Below, piece after piece: positions 20,355 through 29,162 of a stretch of DNA of 64,000 bases. Origin of the DNA: Parcubacteria group bacterium (GTDB lineage Bacteria; Patescibacteriota; Minisyncoccia; Moranbacterales; UBA11712). A program made the position numbers and the translations under genes. Within the stretch, counting starts at the first letter, position 1, and the number at the start of each line of letters is the position of its first letter. Below the pieces are notes generated by a model. It had not been told where the DNA came from, ran no database searches, and worked only from the letters and a program-made list of their open reading frames with translations. The stretch spans positions 24,226 through 88,225 of the forward strand of contig JBAZXV010000001.1 in the NCBI GenBank assembly GCA_041659685.1, in the 5' to 3' direction.

Positions 20355-20395
20355 CATAATCCCTTGGGCGTCCCTTGTGAAATATAAAACTCCTA

Positions 20396-21772
20396 TTATC
20401 TGCTCATAAGCCTTTTTTGGAAAAACCTCCAGGTGTATTTGGCGGTGGTTGCGATTCCGTTTTTGCGAAGAGAATTGAAAAATTCTCCGGCGATATTTTT
20501 TGAGGTGACCGCGAGGGGAGCGAATTTTCCGCTGTCGGGTGATTTTTTCGGGTTCTTCAGCCATTCGCGGAAAATTTTTGTCGTCACTTCGGGGGTAAAA
20601 TTTTCCATGGCGTAATCATGGGATTTTTCCGCCATTTCCCTGATTGCTTCGCGATTTTCATAGGCGAAAATTATTTTTTTCACAAGGTCTTCGGCGTTGG
20701 ATACTTCATAGGAAAGGCCGAGACCGTTTTTTGCCACAATTTCGCTTATCTCCGAAAGCCTTGAGGTCAGGATCGGCATATTGAAATGCATCATGTCGTT
20801 TATCCGGTTTCGTCCGCCGATAAGCGTTTCATAATTATTTTTATCGCACACGATTCCCAGATCGCAATTTTGGTAATAATACGGAACATCATGGCTCGGC
20901 AGCCAGCCAAGGAAAATAAAATTATCCTTGAATTTGCTTTGATCCGCCATTTTCTTGAATCTGAGGAAGGTTTGATCATCGTGTCCCTTGATGATGCCGC
21001 CCGTCGAAATATATCGGATATCAGGATATATTTCCATGGCTTCTTCGAGACCCTGAAACAAGATATCGACATCTGCCCAGGTGTTATAGCCGCTGCTCCA
21101 AAAAATATTGAATTTTTCCTTGTCTATGGGGAATTTGGGGGATGAGCCTTTTCTTTCGGCGTTGCGGTCTTCCCGGAATACGGGATTGGGGATATATTCA
21201 ACGAAGTCATATCCGTTTGTGAGGCGGTTGAGCCTTCCGGTGACCGCCAGTTCCCCGATGACGGCGTATTTTTGGGGAAGGGAGATGGCGGAAATTTTGT
21301 CGGCCTGCATCACGATTTCCGACTCGTGGCGCCAGGACATTCGAATTATCTGATCGCTTTTTTCAATTGCGGCCCGCGACTGGGCTTCGGCCATGATATA
21401 CCCGTTAAGATCCGCCCAAAAAGGAATTTTCGGCTTCGCGAGCGCCGCGGCATAGGCCGGGAAGGTGTTGATTCCGGCAATCGCCGAGTATTCTTCCCCG
21501 AGTCTCTTTTTCTGCAGTACTTTATTCGAAATTATCTCTTTTTCCGTATAGTAAAAAAAGTTAACGTTTCCCCGGCTGAAATTTGCGGGTTTTTTTTCAT
21601 AGACATTCGGAAGCATCATCAAATAAACGTCGACTTTGAAGTCCGATTGTTTTGTCAGGGGTTCGGCGAACTGCCAGGTCCTTGTTCCGGCCGCGAAATT
21701 TTTGGAGGTGTTTTCGAAGGGCAGGGGAGCGTTTCCGACAATTAGTATTTTTTTGTTTGCATGGCTAGGCAT
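20396..21772 (-). CDS. GT1-like (GT-B fold) glycosyltransferase
   Basis: 458 aa, no TM. C-terminal 'NFIFLGWLPSHDVPYYYQNCDLGIVCDKNNYETLIGGRNRINDMMHFNMPILTS' resembles GT-B donor-binding half. Overlaps next gene by 8 nt. Confidence 0.55.
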   Translation of the reverse strand: MPSHANKKILIVGNAPLPFENTSKNFAAGTRTWQFAEPLTKQSDFKVDVYLMMLPNVYEKKPANFSRGNVNFFYYTEKEIISNKVLQKKRLGEEYSAIAGINTFPAYAAALAKPKIPFWADLNGYIMAEAQSRAAIEKSDQIIRMSWRHESEIVMQADKISAISLPQKYAVIGELAVTGRLNRLTNGYDFVEYIPNPVFREDRNAERKGSSPKFPIDKEKFNIFWSSGYNTWADVDILFQGLEEAMEIYPDIRYISTGGIIKGHDDQTFLRFKKMADQSKFKDNFIFLGWLPSHDVPYYYQNCDLGIVCDKNNYETLIGGRNRINDMMHFNMPILTSRLSEISEIVAKNGLGLSYEVSNAEDLVKKIIFAYENREAIREMAEKSHDYAMENFTPEVTTKIFREWLKNPKKSPDSGKFAPLAVTSKNIAGEFFNSLRKNGIATTAKYTWRFFQKRLMSR

Positions 21773-22751
21773 AATATTTGAAATACCGATAATATAGTAT
21801 GTTGGGCAATTTGAATAAAGTCAAAAAATAAGCTTTGAGCAGGGCTTTTAATTCGCGATTGTCTTTTTTCTTTGATTCGAGGATGTTTTTCCCGGCGGCA
21901 GTTTCTTTTTGGCGCGGCAGCAAATTAACTTTTTTGACAAAATTATTCAGGAGCCATTTTATCTCAAACGGAATGGCCGAAAAAAATATTCGGCCGGCCG
22001 GAAAGTTTTTCAGGACATATCTCCAGCGGTGCTTATGGAACCAATGGTAATAATTATATGAAAAAAGGCCGATGACCCGGCTTTCCAGATGAATGATGGA
22101 AGATTCCGGAAAATAAATCACCCTGTATCCCAAATTTTTTGTTTTGAGGCAAAGTTCCGTTTCTTCGTAATAACCGGGAAAATAATTTTCGTCGAATCCA
22201 AGGCATTTTTCGTATATTTTTTTCCTTATGGCGAGACAGGCGCCGGTCACATAATCAACTTCTTTTTCTTCATCCCATTGTCCGTTGTCCTCTTCTCCGT
22301 ATCCGAAGTGGTGGGCGAATCCGGCTCCTTCCACCCAGCCGCCGGCGGCTTGGATTGTTTTTTCGTCTTCATATAGGATCTTGGGGCCTAATACGCCCGT
22401 TTTATCGTCTTTTTCAAATTTTGAAACAATCGGGGCCAGCCAACCGGGCCGGGTGAGCGTGTCAGGATTGAGAAATATTAAAAGCTCTCCTTCGGCCTGA
22501 GCGGTCCCCAGATTGCAGCCTCCGCCAAATCCGAGATTCTTGTTCGATTTTATAAGCTTTATTTTTAATCTTAGGTTATCGTCCGGGCTTTGCAGATATT
22601 TTTCAATGACTTCGAGCGTTTTGTCCGTGCTTTTATTTTCAACCAAAATAATTTCCCAATTATCTCCGGGGGTGGTTTCAAAGACCGAGTCCAGCGCGCG
22701 GACAATGTCTTTCTCGGAGTTGTAAGCAACAATGATAATGGATGTCTTCAT
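21765..22751 (-). CDS. family-2 glycosyltransferase
   Basis: 'TSIIIVAYNSEKDIVRALDSVFETTP...WEIILVENKSTDKT', 'FLNPDT'. Confidence 0.8.
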   Translation of the reverse strand: MKTSIIIVAYNSEKDIVRALDSVFETTPGDNWEIILVENKSTDKTLEVIEKYLQSPDDNLRLKIKLIKSNKNLGFGGGCNLGTAQAEGELLIFLNPDTLTRPGWLAPIVSKFEKDDKTGVLGPKILYEDEKTIQAAGGWVEGAGFAHHFGYGEEDNGQWDEEKEVDYVTGACLAIRKKIYEKCLGFDENYFPGYYEETELCLKTKNLGYRVIYFPESSIIHLESRVIGLFSYNYYHWFHKHRWRYVLKNFPAGRIFFSAIPFEIKWLLNNFVKKVNLLPRQKETAAGKNILESKKKDNRELKALLKAYFLTLFKLPNILYYRYFKYYA

Positions 22752-22850
22752 TTCTTGGGAGTCTCCCTGTTATTTTTAATATGCGCGATTTTGATTCCCT
22801 CGCTGTCCGGAAAATTTAATTTTTAAACTTAAGCCTTGGAAATATCCGCC

Positions 22851-23825
22851 TTATTCGTCAATTTTCTGCTCCCACTGCCAGGCGTCGCGGATAATTTCTT
22901 CAAGGCTGCGCGTGGCCTTCCAGCCCAAAATGTTCCGGATTTTTTGGCTGCTGGCGACAAGAGAAGTTGGATCTCCCGGACGCCGGTCAGCTTCTTCTGT
23001 CCTGAAATCAATGCCGGAGATTTCTTTGCATTTCGTGATTACTTCCCTGACCGAATATCCGTTTTCGCTTCCCAGATTGAATCTTTCGGAACCGTTTCCT
23101 TTTTCGAGGTAATCAAGCGCCATCAGGTGGGCGTCAATCAGGTCTTCCACGTGGATATAATCCCGGATGCAGGTTCCGTCCGGAGTCGCGTAATCCGTGC
23201 CGAAAATCCGAATTGATTCGCGCGAGCCTTTGGCGGCTTTGAGCGCGAGCGGGATGAGATGGGTTTCCGGACTATGCATTTCTCCGAAATTTCCTTCCGG
23301 ATCCGCTCCGGCCGCGTTAAAATAGCGAAGGCAGACTGACCTCAGTCCGTAAGCCCGGTCATAGGTATCCAGGATATTTTCGACGGCTAGTTTCGACCGG
23401 CCGTAGGGATTGGTTGGATTTTTCGGATCACTTTCTTCTATCGGGGTCTTTTCCGGTTCTCCGAAGATGGCGGCAGTCGAACTGAAGACGATCTTTTTTA
23501 CGTTGCTTGCGAGCATGGCCCGGAAAAGTCCGAGACTGCCGCAGATATTGTTTGTGAAATATTTTTGCGGATTTTCCACCGATTCTCCGACAAGAGAGAA
23601 AGCCGCAAAATGAATCGCGGCATCTATTTTCCTGTCCGCAAAAACCGCTTCGATGTCCCTGGGATTCAGAAGATCGCCTCTCACAAATTCGGCGCCTTTA
23701 TTGATCAATCTTTCAAATCCGGTGGAAAGATTATCGAATATGACCACTTCGTGATTCTTGGCCAAAAGTTTTTTGACAGCGATCGAACCGATGAATCCGG
23801 CTCCCCCTGTGACGAGGATTTTCAT
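22851..23825 (-). CDS. galE: UDP-glucose 4-epimerase
   Basis: Track start is TTG (23843); ATG 'MKILVTGGAGFIGS' at 23825. 'YGRSKLAVE' Y-x3-K; 'YFNAAGADPEGNFGEMHSPETHLIPLALKAAKG' is GalE-characteristic. Confidence 0.8.
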   Translation of the reverse strand: MKILVTGGAGFIGSIAVKKLLAKNHEVVIFDNLSTGFERLINKGAEFVRGDLLNPRDIEAVFADRKIDAAIHFAAFSLVGESVENPQKYFTNNICGSLGLFRAMLASNVKKIVFSSTAAIFGEPEKTPIEESDPKNPTNPYGRSKLAVENILDTYDRAYGLRSVCLRYFNAAGADPEGNFGEMHSPETHLIPLALKAAKGSRESIRIFGTDYATPDGTCIRDYIHVEDLIDAHLMALDYLEKGNGSERFNLGSENGYSVREVITKCKEISGIDFRTEEADRRPGDPTSLVASSQKIRNILGWKATRSLEEIIRDAWQWEQKIDE

Positions 23826-23889
23826 AAAATTAGTCTTAAGCAATAAAATAACAAAGAGGAGTTTTTATCCTTTCAGCGCTAATTTGATA

Positions 23890-24165
23890 TTAGCCTTTTT
23901 TTTCGAAAATTTCAAATAAAATCATCCTCAGCTTTTTAAAAAAGATAACCATCTTCCGGGACAAAAGCGATTGGGCGTCAAAAAACCGGCCCGTGGCCGG
24001 AATTCCTCGCGGTTTTCGGGCGATTTTTTTCTCCAGATTTGCGATGCGATATTTGAGATTATTGCAGGCGGTTCTGTTGACTTTTTCGTTCAGTCCGGCA
24101 TCAATTTCCTTCTGCAATCGGAAAAGAAACCGTAAATCTTGAACCGACCCCCTCGATGCTTTCAA
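23890..24165 (-). CDS. small hypothetical ORF (91 aa), doubtful
   Basis: Only an ORF; overlaps the 3' end of the kinase gene by 64 nt; no recognisable motif. Confidence 0.2.
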   Translation of the reverse strand: MKASRGSVQDLRFLFRLQKEIDAGLNEKVNRTACNNLKYRIANLEKKIARKPRGIPATGRFFDAQSLLSRKMVIFFKKLRMILFEIFEKKG

Positions 24166-25474
24166 GCCCGATTGTCCCGTTCATTTTCTCAATCAGCTCT
24201 TTTGTTATCCATAATCCGAGGCCGGTGCCGGGGATGGCAGAAGTTTCTTTTGTCCGGGCCCGATAAAATTTCTGGAATAATTTTTTCTGGTTTTCGGCGG
24301 AAATTCCCAGTCCCGTATCGGAAATGATAATGTCGATTTGCTTCCGTTTTGTTTTTGCTGTTATTTCTATTTTTCCCTTCGGCGTATATTTGATGGCGTT
24401 ACTGATGAGATTTATGAAAACCTGCTTCAGGCGTTCCTGATCGGCCCGGACGCGCGGAAGCGGCGCTTCGCTGTAGGTAATTTCCAGATTTTTTTCCTGC
24501 GCCTTGGGTTCCATTTCGGTGATGCCGGATTTGATTGCCGAAGCGAGGTCGATAATTTTCATCTCAAACGGGATCCGGTTTTGCTCAAGACGGGAAACTT
24601 CCAAAAGATCACTGACGAGATTATCGAGACGGTCTACTGATGTTTCAAGATTGTCGATATAATGTTTTCCTTCTTCGGTAACGTGCGCAACCTCTTTTTC
24701 CTTAAGGAATTCCAGGTATCCCCGCATGGCAGTGAGGGGGGAACGGAGTTCATGGCTGGCGATCGAAATAAAATTATCCTTCATTTCGTCCACTTCCTTG
24801 AGTTTTGCGAGCCGTACGGCGTATCGGAACATCCGGGCGTGATTGATGACAAAAACCAAAACCAGAAGAATTGTGACAAAAAGAATGAGATATGATCTCA
24901 GGAAAGCCTGGGATATCATGTTGTCGGTTTTCTGCATGGAAAAACTCAGAGAAAGAAGCCCGATCCGGCTGTTCAGGTCGTCATGGAAAACCTTTTCAAT
25001 TTTCAGGACTCTTGCGCCGCCAATATCCTCAAAATGGGAAGTCCCCTCCGGCTGGCTCCAGGCGACGGTTTTATAGAAATCCTCGGAAACTTTTTGGCCG
25101 ACCTGATCCGGAGCAAAAGAGGCGATTACGTCATATGTTTCGCGTTTTTCGTCGCTTGGCATCAGGATTTCCAGGTCCGCAATTTCGTCTTCCCGCTCCT
25201 TTATTTCATTGATTTTTTTCTCCAGCGATTCGGGGTTGTTCAGAAGATCGCCGTCTATCATGGCATCGAGTGTGTTTTCCACCATAGCCGCCTTTCTCAT
25301 GAATTCTATTCCCGCATTTTTCTCGTAAGTATTGAGGAGAATATACGTATTGAAATACAGAGCTAACGGCATAAAAACCATCAGCGCGAGAGAGAGGATT
25401 ATGGAAGGATTTTTTCTGATAAAATTCAGGGCAACGAAAAAAAATGAAGAGGATTTTTGCGGAGCGTTATCCAT
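24101..25474 (-). CDS. sensor histidine kinase (two TM, extracytoplasmic sensor, HisKA + HATPase_c)
   Basis: H-box 'ISIASHELRSPLTAMRGYLEFL'; N/G boxes 'NLISNAIKYT', 'ISDTGLGIS', 'GTGLGLWITKELIE'. No response regulator adjacent. Confidence 0.85.
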   Translation of the reverse strand: MDNAPQKSSSFFFVALNFIRKNPSIILSLALMVFMPLALYFNTYILLNTYEKNAGIEFMRKAAMVENTLDAMIDGDLLNNPESLEKKINEIKEREDEIADLEILMPSDEKRETYDVIASFAPDQVGQKVSEDFYKTVAWSQPEGTSHFEDIGGARVLKIEKVFHDDLNSRIGLLSLSFSMQKTDNMISQAFLRSYLILFVTILLVLVFVINHARMFRYAVRLAKLKEVDEMKDNFISIASHELRSPLTAMRGYLEFLKEKEVAHVTEEGKHYIDNLETSVDRLDNLVSDLLEVSRLEQNRIPFEMKIIDLASAIKSGITEMEPKAQEKNLEITYSEAPLPRVRADQERLKQVFINLISNAIKYTPKGKIEITAKTKRKQIDIIISDTGLGISAENQKKLFQKFYRARTKETSAIPGTGLGLWITKELIEKMNGTIGLESIEGVGSRFTVSFPIAEGN

Positions 25475-25504
25475 ACGTGAAATCGATTTATTTATTGAGC
25501 CGGA

Positions 25505-27307
25505 CTATTTATCAATCAGATAGTCCTTTTTTGTAACCGGTTCTGCTTTTGTCTGATGGTGATGATAGATCAGGTAAAGCCCGATTGACGCAACGGCTGT
25601 GAACAGGGAAATAATAATCAAGATGCCGATTGCGGCTGTCCTTCTTGTTTTTGAGGCTGCCATCGGCGACTGAGTTGCAAGCGTGTTTTGGGCGGCAAGA
25701 TCCTGTTCGGCCGCTTTTGTGGCTGCCTGGGCGGTCTTAACAAAGATAAAGGGTTCGCTTTTGGCCGTAATGTGCCCTTCGTTGTCAGTAATGGCGACAT
25801 AGGCCTCATGCGTTCCGTTTTCGAAATCTTTGTCCATTGAATAAGTCCAGTTGCCGTTCTTATCCGTCATTACGGTTACGATAGTCGGCGTTTCGCTATA
25901 AATATAAATCGTGACAAAGCTGTTCGGAAGGCCCTTTCCCTTGAGTCGGATTGCTTTGCCGGCGCCGCCTGATGCTTCATCGGCGTTGTCCGAAGATTTT
26001 GAAATCATTCCGACCGATTCTATTTTCACGAGGTCTTTCTTCACCTCGCCTTTTTCCTTCGGACTTTCAAAGACGATCTTATCTTCGTCATCTTCGGAAG
26101 CCTTTGCGGGATTGAATCCTTTTTTGATCTCATCGCCGTCCAGATAGCCGTCTTTGTCGGTGTCGGCGGAATTTGGATTAGTGCTGATTCTCTCTTCTTC
26201 GTCGTTTGAAACGCCGTCCTGGTCGTTATCGAGGCTCTGGGGGAGGGCTCCGGCGACAGTCGCGTTTTCCGAAACGCCGCCGGTGATATTTTTCCTGCTT
26301 TCCTGTTCCCGGCTTCTCGTTTCGATTGTCTCCTTCACTTTTTCCGCTTCTTGAGAAGCAACTTTGGCGGACTGTTTTTTGTCTGCGCTGTTTGGCGCCG
26401 CCGCGTTATCTTTCGAGGCGGAAGCCGGGGCAGACTCTTTTGAGGAATCGGAGGAGGAAGTTATTTTGGCGGCTTCATTGCTGATCTTTACGGAAACCCC
26501 CGAGCTTTCATAGGAGCCGTAATTATTGCTTATTTTTGCGGTTAATTCATATTCTCCGTTGGGGATGTCCGATGTTTGAATTTCGCATTTCCAGCTGTCT
26601 CCGCTGGAATTTTTTGCCTTGCAAAGGAATTGGCTGGTCAGTGATCCGCTTTTGACGAGATAAAACTCCACTCCGAGGGCATTTTCAACTGAAGCGGCGA
26701 ATGTCTGTTTTCCTTTCAAGCTGACGCCTTTACTGGGAATTGAAAATTTCAAATTCGGAGATATGTTTGTCACTTTGCTTTCGCTTGCGGTGACGGTTGC
26801 GCTGGCGGCGCTGCTGCTGCCTGTGCCGGTGTCCTCATTTGTCCGGACGGCTTCATCAGGGACTGGCGATTCGGCCGGACTTTTGACGCTTGAAGAGTTT
26901 ATTGAAGCCGCGTCCACTTTTGTTTCTGTTGTTTCCGCGGCCGGCGCGCTTTCTTTTTTAAGAATAGTTTCTTCGGCAGCCGGGGGCGAGAGAGTCTCTT
27001 TGCTTACGCCGACAGAGGACACGCCGGCGTCGGTGTTGATAACGCTTGGGCTCAGTGACGCCCTGGTCAGGTTTTCGGCATAAGAACTGGGAACGCTGAA
27101 GAGATCCGGATAGACGCGAATAATGGCAAGAAGGCTGATTAAATAAAAAACAGTCAATGCGGCCATGGCCCATGGGATCAGTCTCAAATGCTGGCGGCTG
27201 GCTGTTTCCTTTTTTCGATTCACCGGCTTTAGAGCCGATTTTCTAATGGTTTTCTTTTTCATTTTTGTGTCTGCCCGCCGGCCTTTTGAGGGAAATTCGG
27301 CCGTCAT
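25505..27307 (-). CDS. membrane-anchored Ser/Thr/Ala-rich surface protein with acidic D-x-D-x-DG calcium-binding-like repeats and two Ig-like beta-sandwich modules
   Basis: N-terminal hydrophobic anchor or signal; ~230-aa S/T/A/P-rich low-complexity region; 'DNDQDGVSNDEEERISTNPNSADTDKDGYLDGDEIKKGFNP' (thrombospondin-type-3/calcium-binding-like); C-terminal TM then 'YHHHQTKAEP' tail. Start may be at M16 (MKKKTIRK). Confidence 0.7.
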   Translation of the reverse strand: MTAEFPSKGRRADTKMKKKTIRKSALKPVNRKKETASRQHLRLIPWAMAALTVFYLISLLAIIRVYPDLFSVPSSYAENLTRASLSPSVINTDAGVSSVGVSKETLSPPAAEETILKKESAPAAETTETKVDAASINSSSVKSPAESPVPDEAVRTNEDTGTGSSSAASATVTASESKVTNISPNLKFSIPSKGVSLKGKQTFAASVENALGVEFYLVKSGSLTSQFLCKAKNSSGDSWKCEIQTSDIPNGEYELTAKISNNYGSYESSGVSVKISNEAAKITSSSDSSKESAPASASKDNAAAPNSADKKQSAKVASQEAEKVKETIETRSREQESRKNITGGVSENATVAGALPQSLDNDQDGVSNDEEERISTNPNSADTDKDGYLDGDEIKKGFNPAKASEDDEDKIVFESPKEKGEVKKDLVKIESVGMISKSSDNADEASGGAGKAIRLKGKGLPNSFVTIYIYSETPTIVTVMTDKNGNWTYSMDKDFENGTHEAYVAITDNEGHITAKSEPFIFVKTAQAATKAAEQDLAAQNTLATQSPMAASKTRRTAAIGILIIISLFTAVASIGLYLIYHHHQTKAEPVTKKDYLIDK

Positions 27308-27365
27308 GGATTTTAAAAGGCGGCGGGAAATTGGTTAAGCTATTTTTTGCAATTATAACATATTT

Positions 27366-29120
27366 TTATTTAATTTTCCAAATGCCTGCAAGAGAAGTTG
27401 ACTTGATATTCATCGCCAGATCCAAAAAACCTTTCGACGGTTCGTAATAGTTGTTTTCAATAGTGACCGTGTCAAAAGATTTTTTTGCGATCAGGTTATA
27501 ATACCAGGATTTTCTCTCCGCCGGCGGAGCGATGAGATAAATATGCTCGTAGCGCGATTGGTCGATGGTTTCAAGGTCGTCAGCGTTAAAGAAATAAACG
27601 GCGTTCTTTCCATATATCGACGACAGGGGTTCGCTCATAAGGGACCAGCCGCTGTCTGTTGCCATCCGGTCGACCAGGACAAGATCTCGGGAGCCGAATC
27701 TTTCGGATATTTTTTCAATTTGAGGAAGAAGCTCCTTGTTTTCCGGTCTTGTTATGAAGGCGCAGCTCAAAAAGGCATTGGCGGCGGCCAGGGTCAAAAA
27801 AGCGCAGTAAAGAAGCTTTTTATTATGGAAAAACCTGTTCAAGAAATATATCGAGTAAAATATCAGGGCGGGAAAAGCGGCGAAAGCGAAGCGGCGCAGC
27901 ATCCACGGATCGTCGAGAGAAATCATAGGGGAGATGAAATAAAAAAAAGTCGGGAAAGTGATAAATATTGGAATAAATTCCGGTTTTAACCGGCTCTTCT
28001 TAGCGTCCTTTAGGAGCCAGATAATTCCGGCAAAGCCCAGGAAAAGATACGCTAAAATATTATAATTAAAAAATATTCTTATGAGGTGCGGATATGAATT
28101 TGAGGACAGGGCGGAGTCCTGGGCGGAGTTTGGAAGGAACGCTTTAATAATATTTTTGGCGCTGTCGAAAAGGGCGGGGAAATCGAGGAATACGTATACT
28201 ATCAATAGCAGTAAAGCCGAAAAAAAGGTATATTTGAAGAAATTTTTTGGAAGCGAGATTATCTTTTTTTTGCTGAAAATAAACAGGCAGCCGATTGCCA
28301 GCAGGAAAAAGGCGATTCCTTCAATGCGGACAAGGGCGGAAAGGCCGAAAGCGGACAGGGCGACAATAATTTTCAGGGATGAATTTTTTGAGGCCGGATC
28401 CCTGAGGGAAGCAATGAGGAAATAAACTCCTGTCCAGATGAGGAAAAGAGAAGAAATTTCCGTGAGGGTATATTTTGTAAACCAGAGAAACGGGAAAAAG
28501 GCCGCGGCAAGAAGGAATCCGAGGAAAGAGATTTTTTTCGGGAAAAATTCTTCAAGGATGAGCCAAAAGACAGCCAAAAAAAGAAAGAGAAAAGGCAGGT
28601 TGGAATATTGTATTCCCGGCAGTCCGAAGACAGCATAGGCCGCGGCAAGGTATGACGTGTATCCGACTGGAAAACGGGACAGCAGCTGGCCGTTCTTTGT
28701 ATAATCGAATCCCGGATAATTGAGCGATTTGCCGGCTCCGTATTTTTGAAAAAGATCGCGGGAAAGAGGAGTTTCGAATTTCAATTCATGATTTTTGGAG
28801 AGGTTTATGGCCGCGGTGGAAATTGCCCCCTGATCGCGTCCGCCAAAAACAGTGGGAACGGAAAAATAGCCGGTTATGAGACTTGCCGCAAAAGCGGTAA
28901 AAAGAACCAAAATAATCATTTTTCCGGATTCTTTCGCTTTTTTGATTATTAGATTATGGCTTATATAAAGCGAAATAATAACCCCTATGACGATTGACAA
29001 AATGACTGTTTCACGGTAAAATAAACCGATTGCTGAAAACAGCAGGATGAGCCAGCCAAAGGCTAAAAAGAAGATAATGATGCGAAAAAATATGTTTCTG
29101 ATTACGGATTCAAAATTCAT
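27366..29120 (-). CDS. ArnT-like GT-C membrane glycosyltransferase (third paralog of 35381 and 37124)
   Basis: 584 aa polytopic; loop-1 'GGRDQGAIS' corresponds to the 'DQARDA' motif of the tandem paralogs (cf. ArnT 'DEARYA'). Confidence 0.55.
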   Translation of the reverse strand: MNFESVIRNIFFRIIIFFLAFGWLILLFSAIGLFYRETVILSIVIGVIISLYISHNLIIKKAKESGKMIILVLFTAFAASLITGYFSVPTVFGGRDQGAISTAAINLSKNHELKFETPLSRDLFQKYGAGKSLNYPGFDYTKNGQLLSRFPVGYTSYLAAAYAVFGLPGIQYSNLPFLFLFLAVFWLILEEFFPKKISFLGFLLAAAFFPFLWFTKYTLTEISSLFLIWTGVYFLIASLRDPASKNSSLKIIVALSAFGLSALVRIEGIAFFLLAIGCLFIFSKKKIISLPKNFFKYTFFSALLLLIVYVFLDFPALFDSAKNIIKAFLPNSAQDSALSSNSYPHLIRIFFNYNILAYLFLGFAGIIWLLKDAKKSRLKPEFIPIFITFPTFFYFISPMISLDDPWMLRRFAFAAFPALIFYSIYFLNRFFHNKKLLYCAFLTLAAANAFLSCAFITRPENKELLPQIEKISERFGSRDLVLVDRMATDSGWSLMSEPLSSIYGKNAVYFFNADDLETIDQSRYEHIYLIAPPAERKSWYYNLIAKKSFDTVTIENNYYEPSKGFLDLAMNIKSTSLAGIWKIK

Positions 29121-29162
29121 AACTATTTTGCTAAAAACTTATTTTTAGATTACCATAAAAAT

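Noticed and set aside
19638-20564. Long N-terminal extension of the Dpm1-like GT2 in the ORF track (308 aa)
   Set aside because: The extension is Arg/Lys-rich junk that overlaps the 3' end of the upstream GT1 gene by 168 nt. The GT2 fold starts at the internal ATG (MKRYEKISVVIPVYNEE).
22836-23216. Several 60-130-aa plus-strand ORFs inside galE and neighbouring genes (for example 22836..23216, 23565..23846)
   Set aside because: They are fully antisense to conserved enzymes and carry no motifs or start context.
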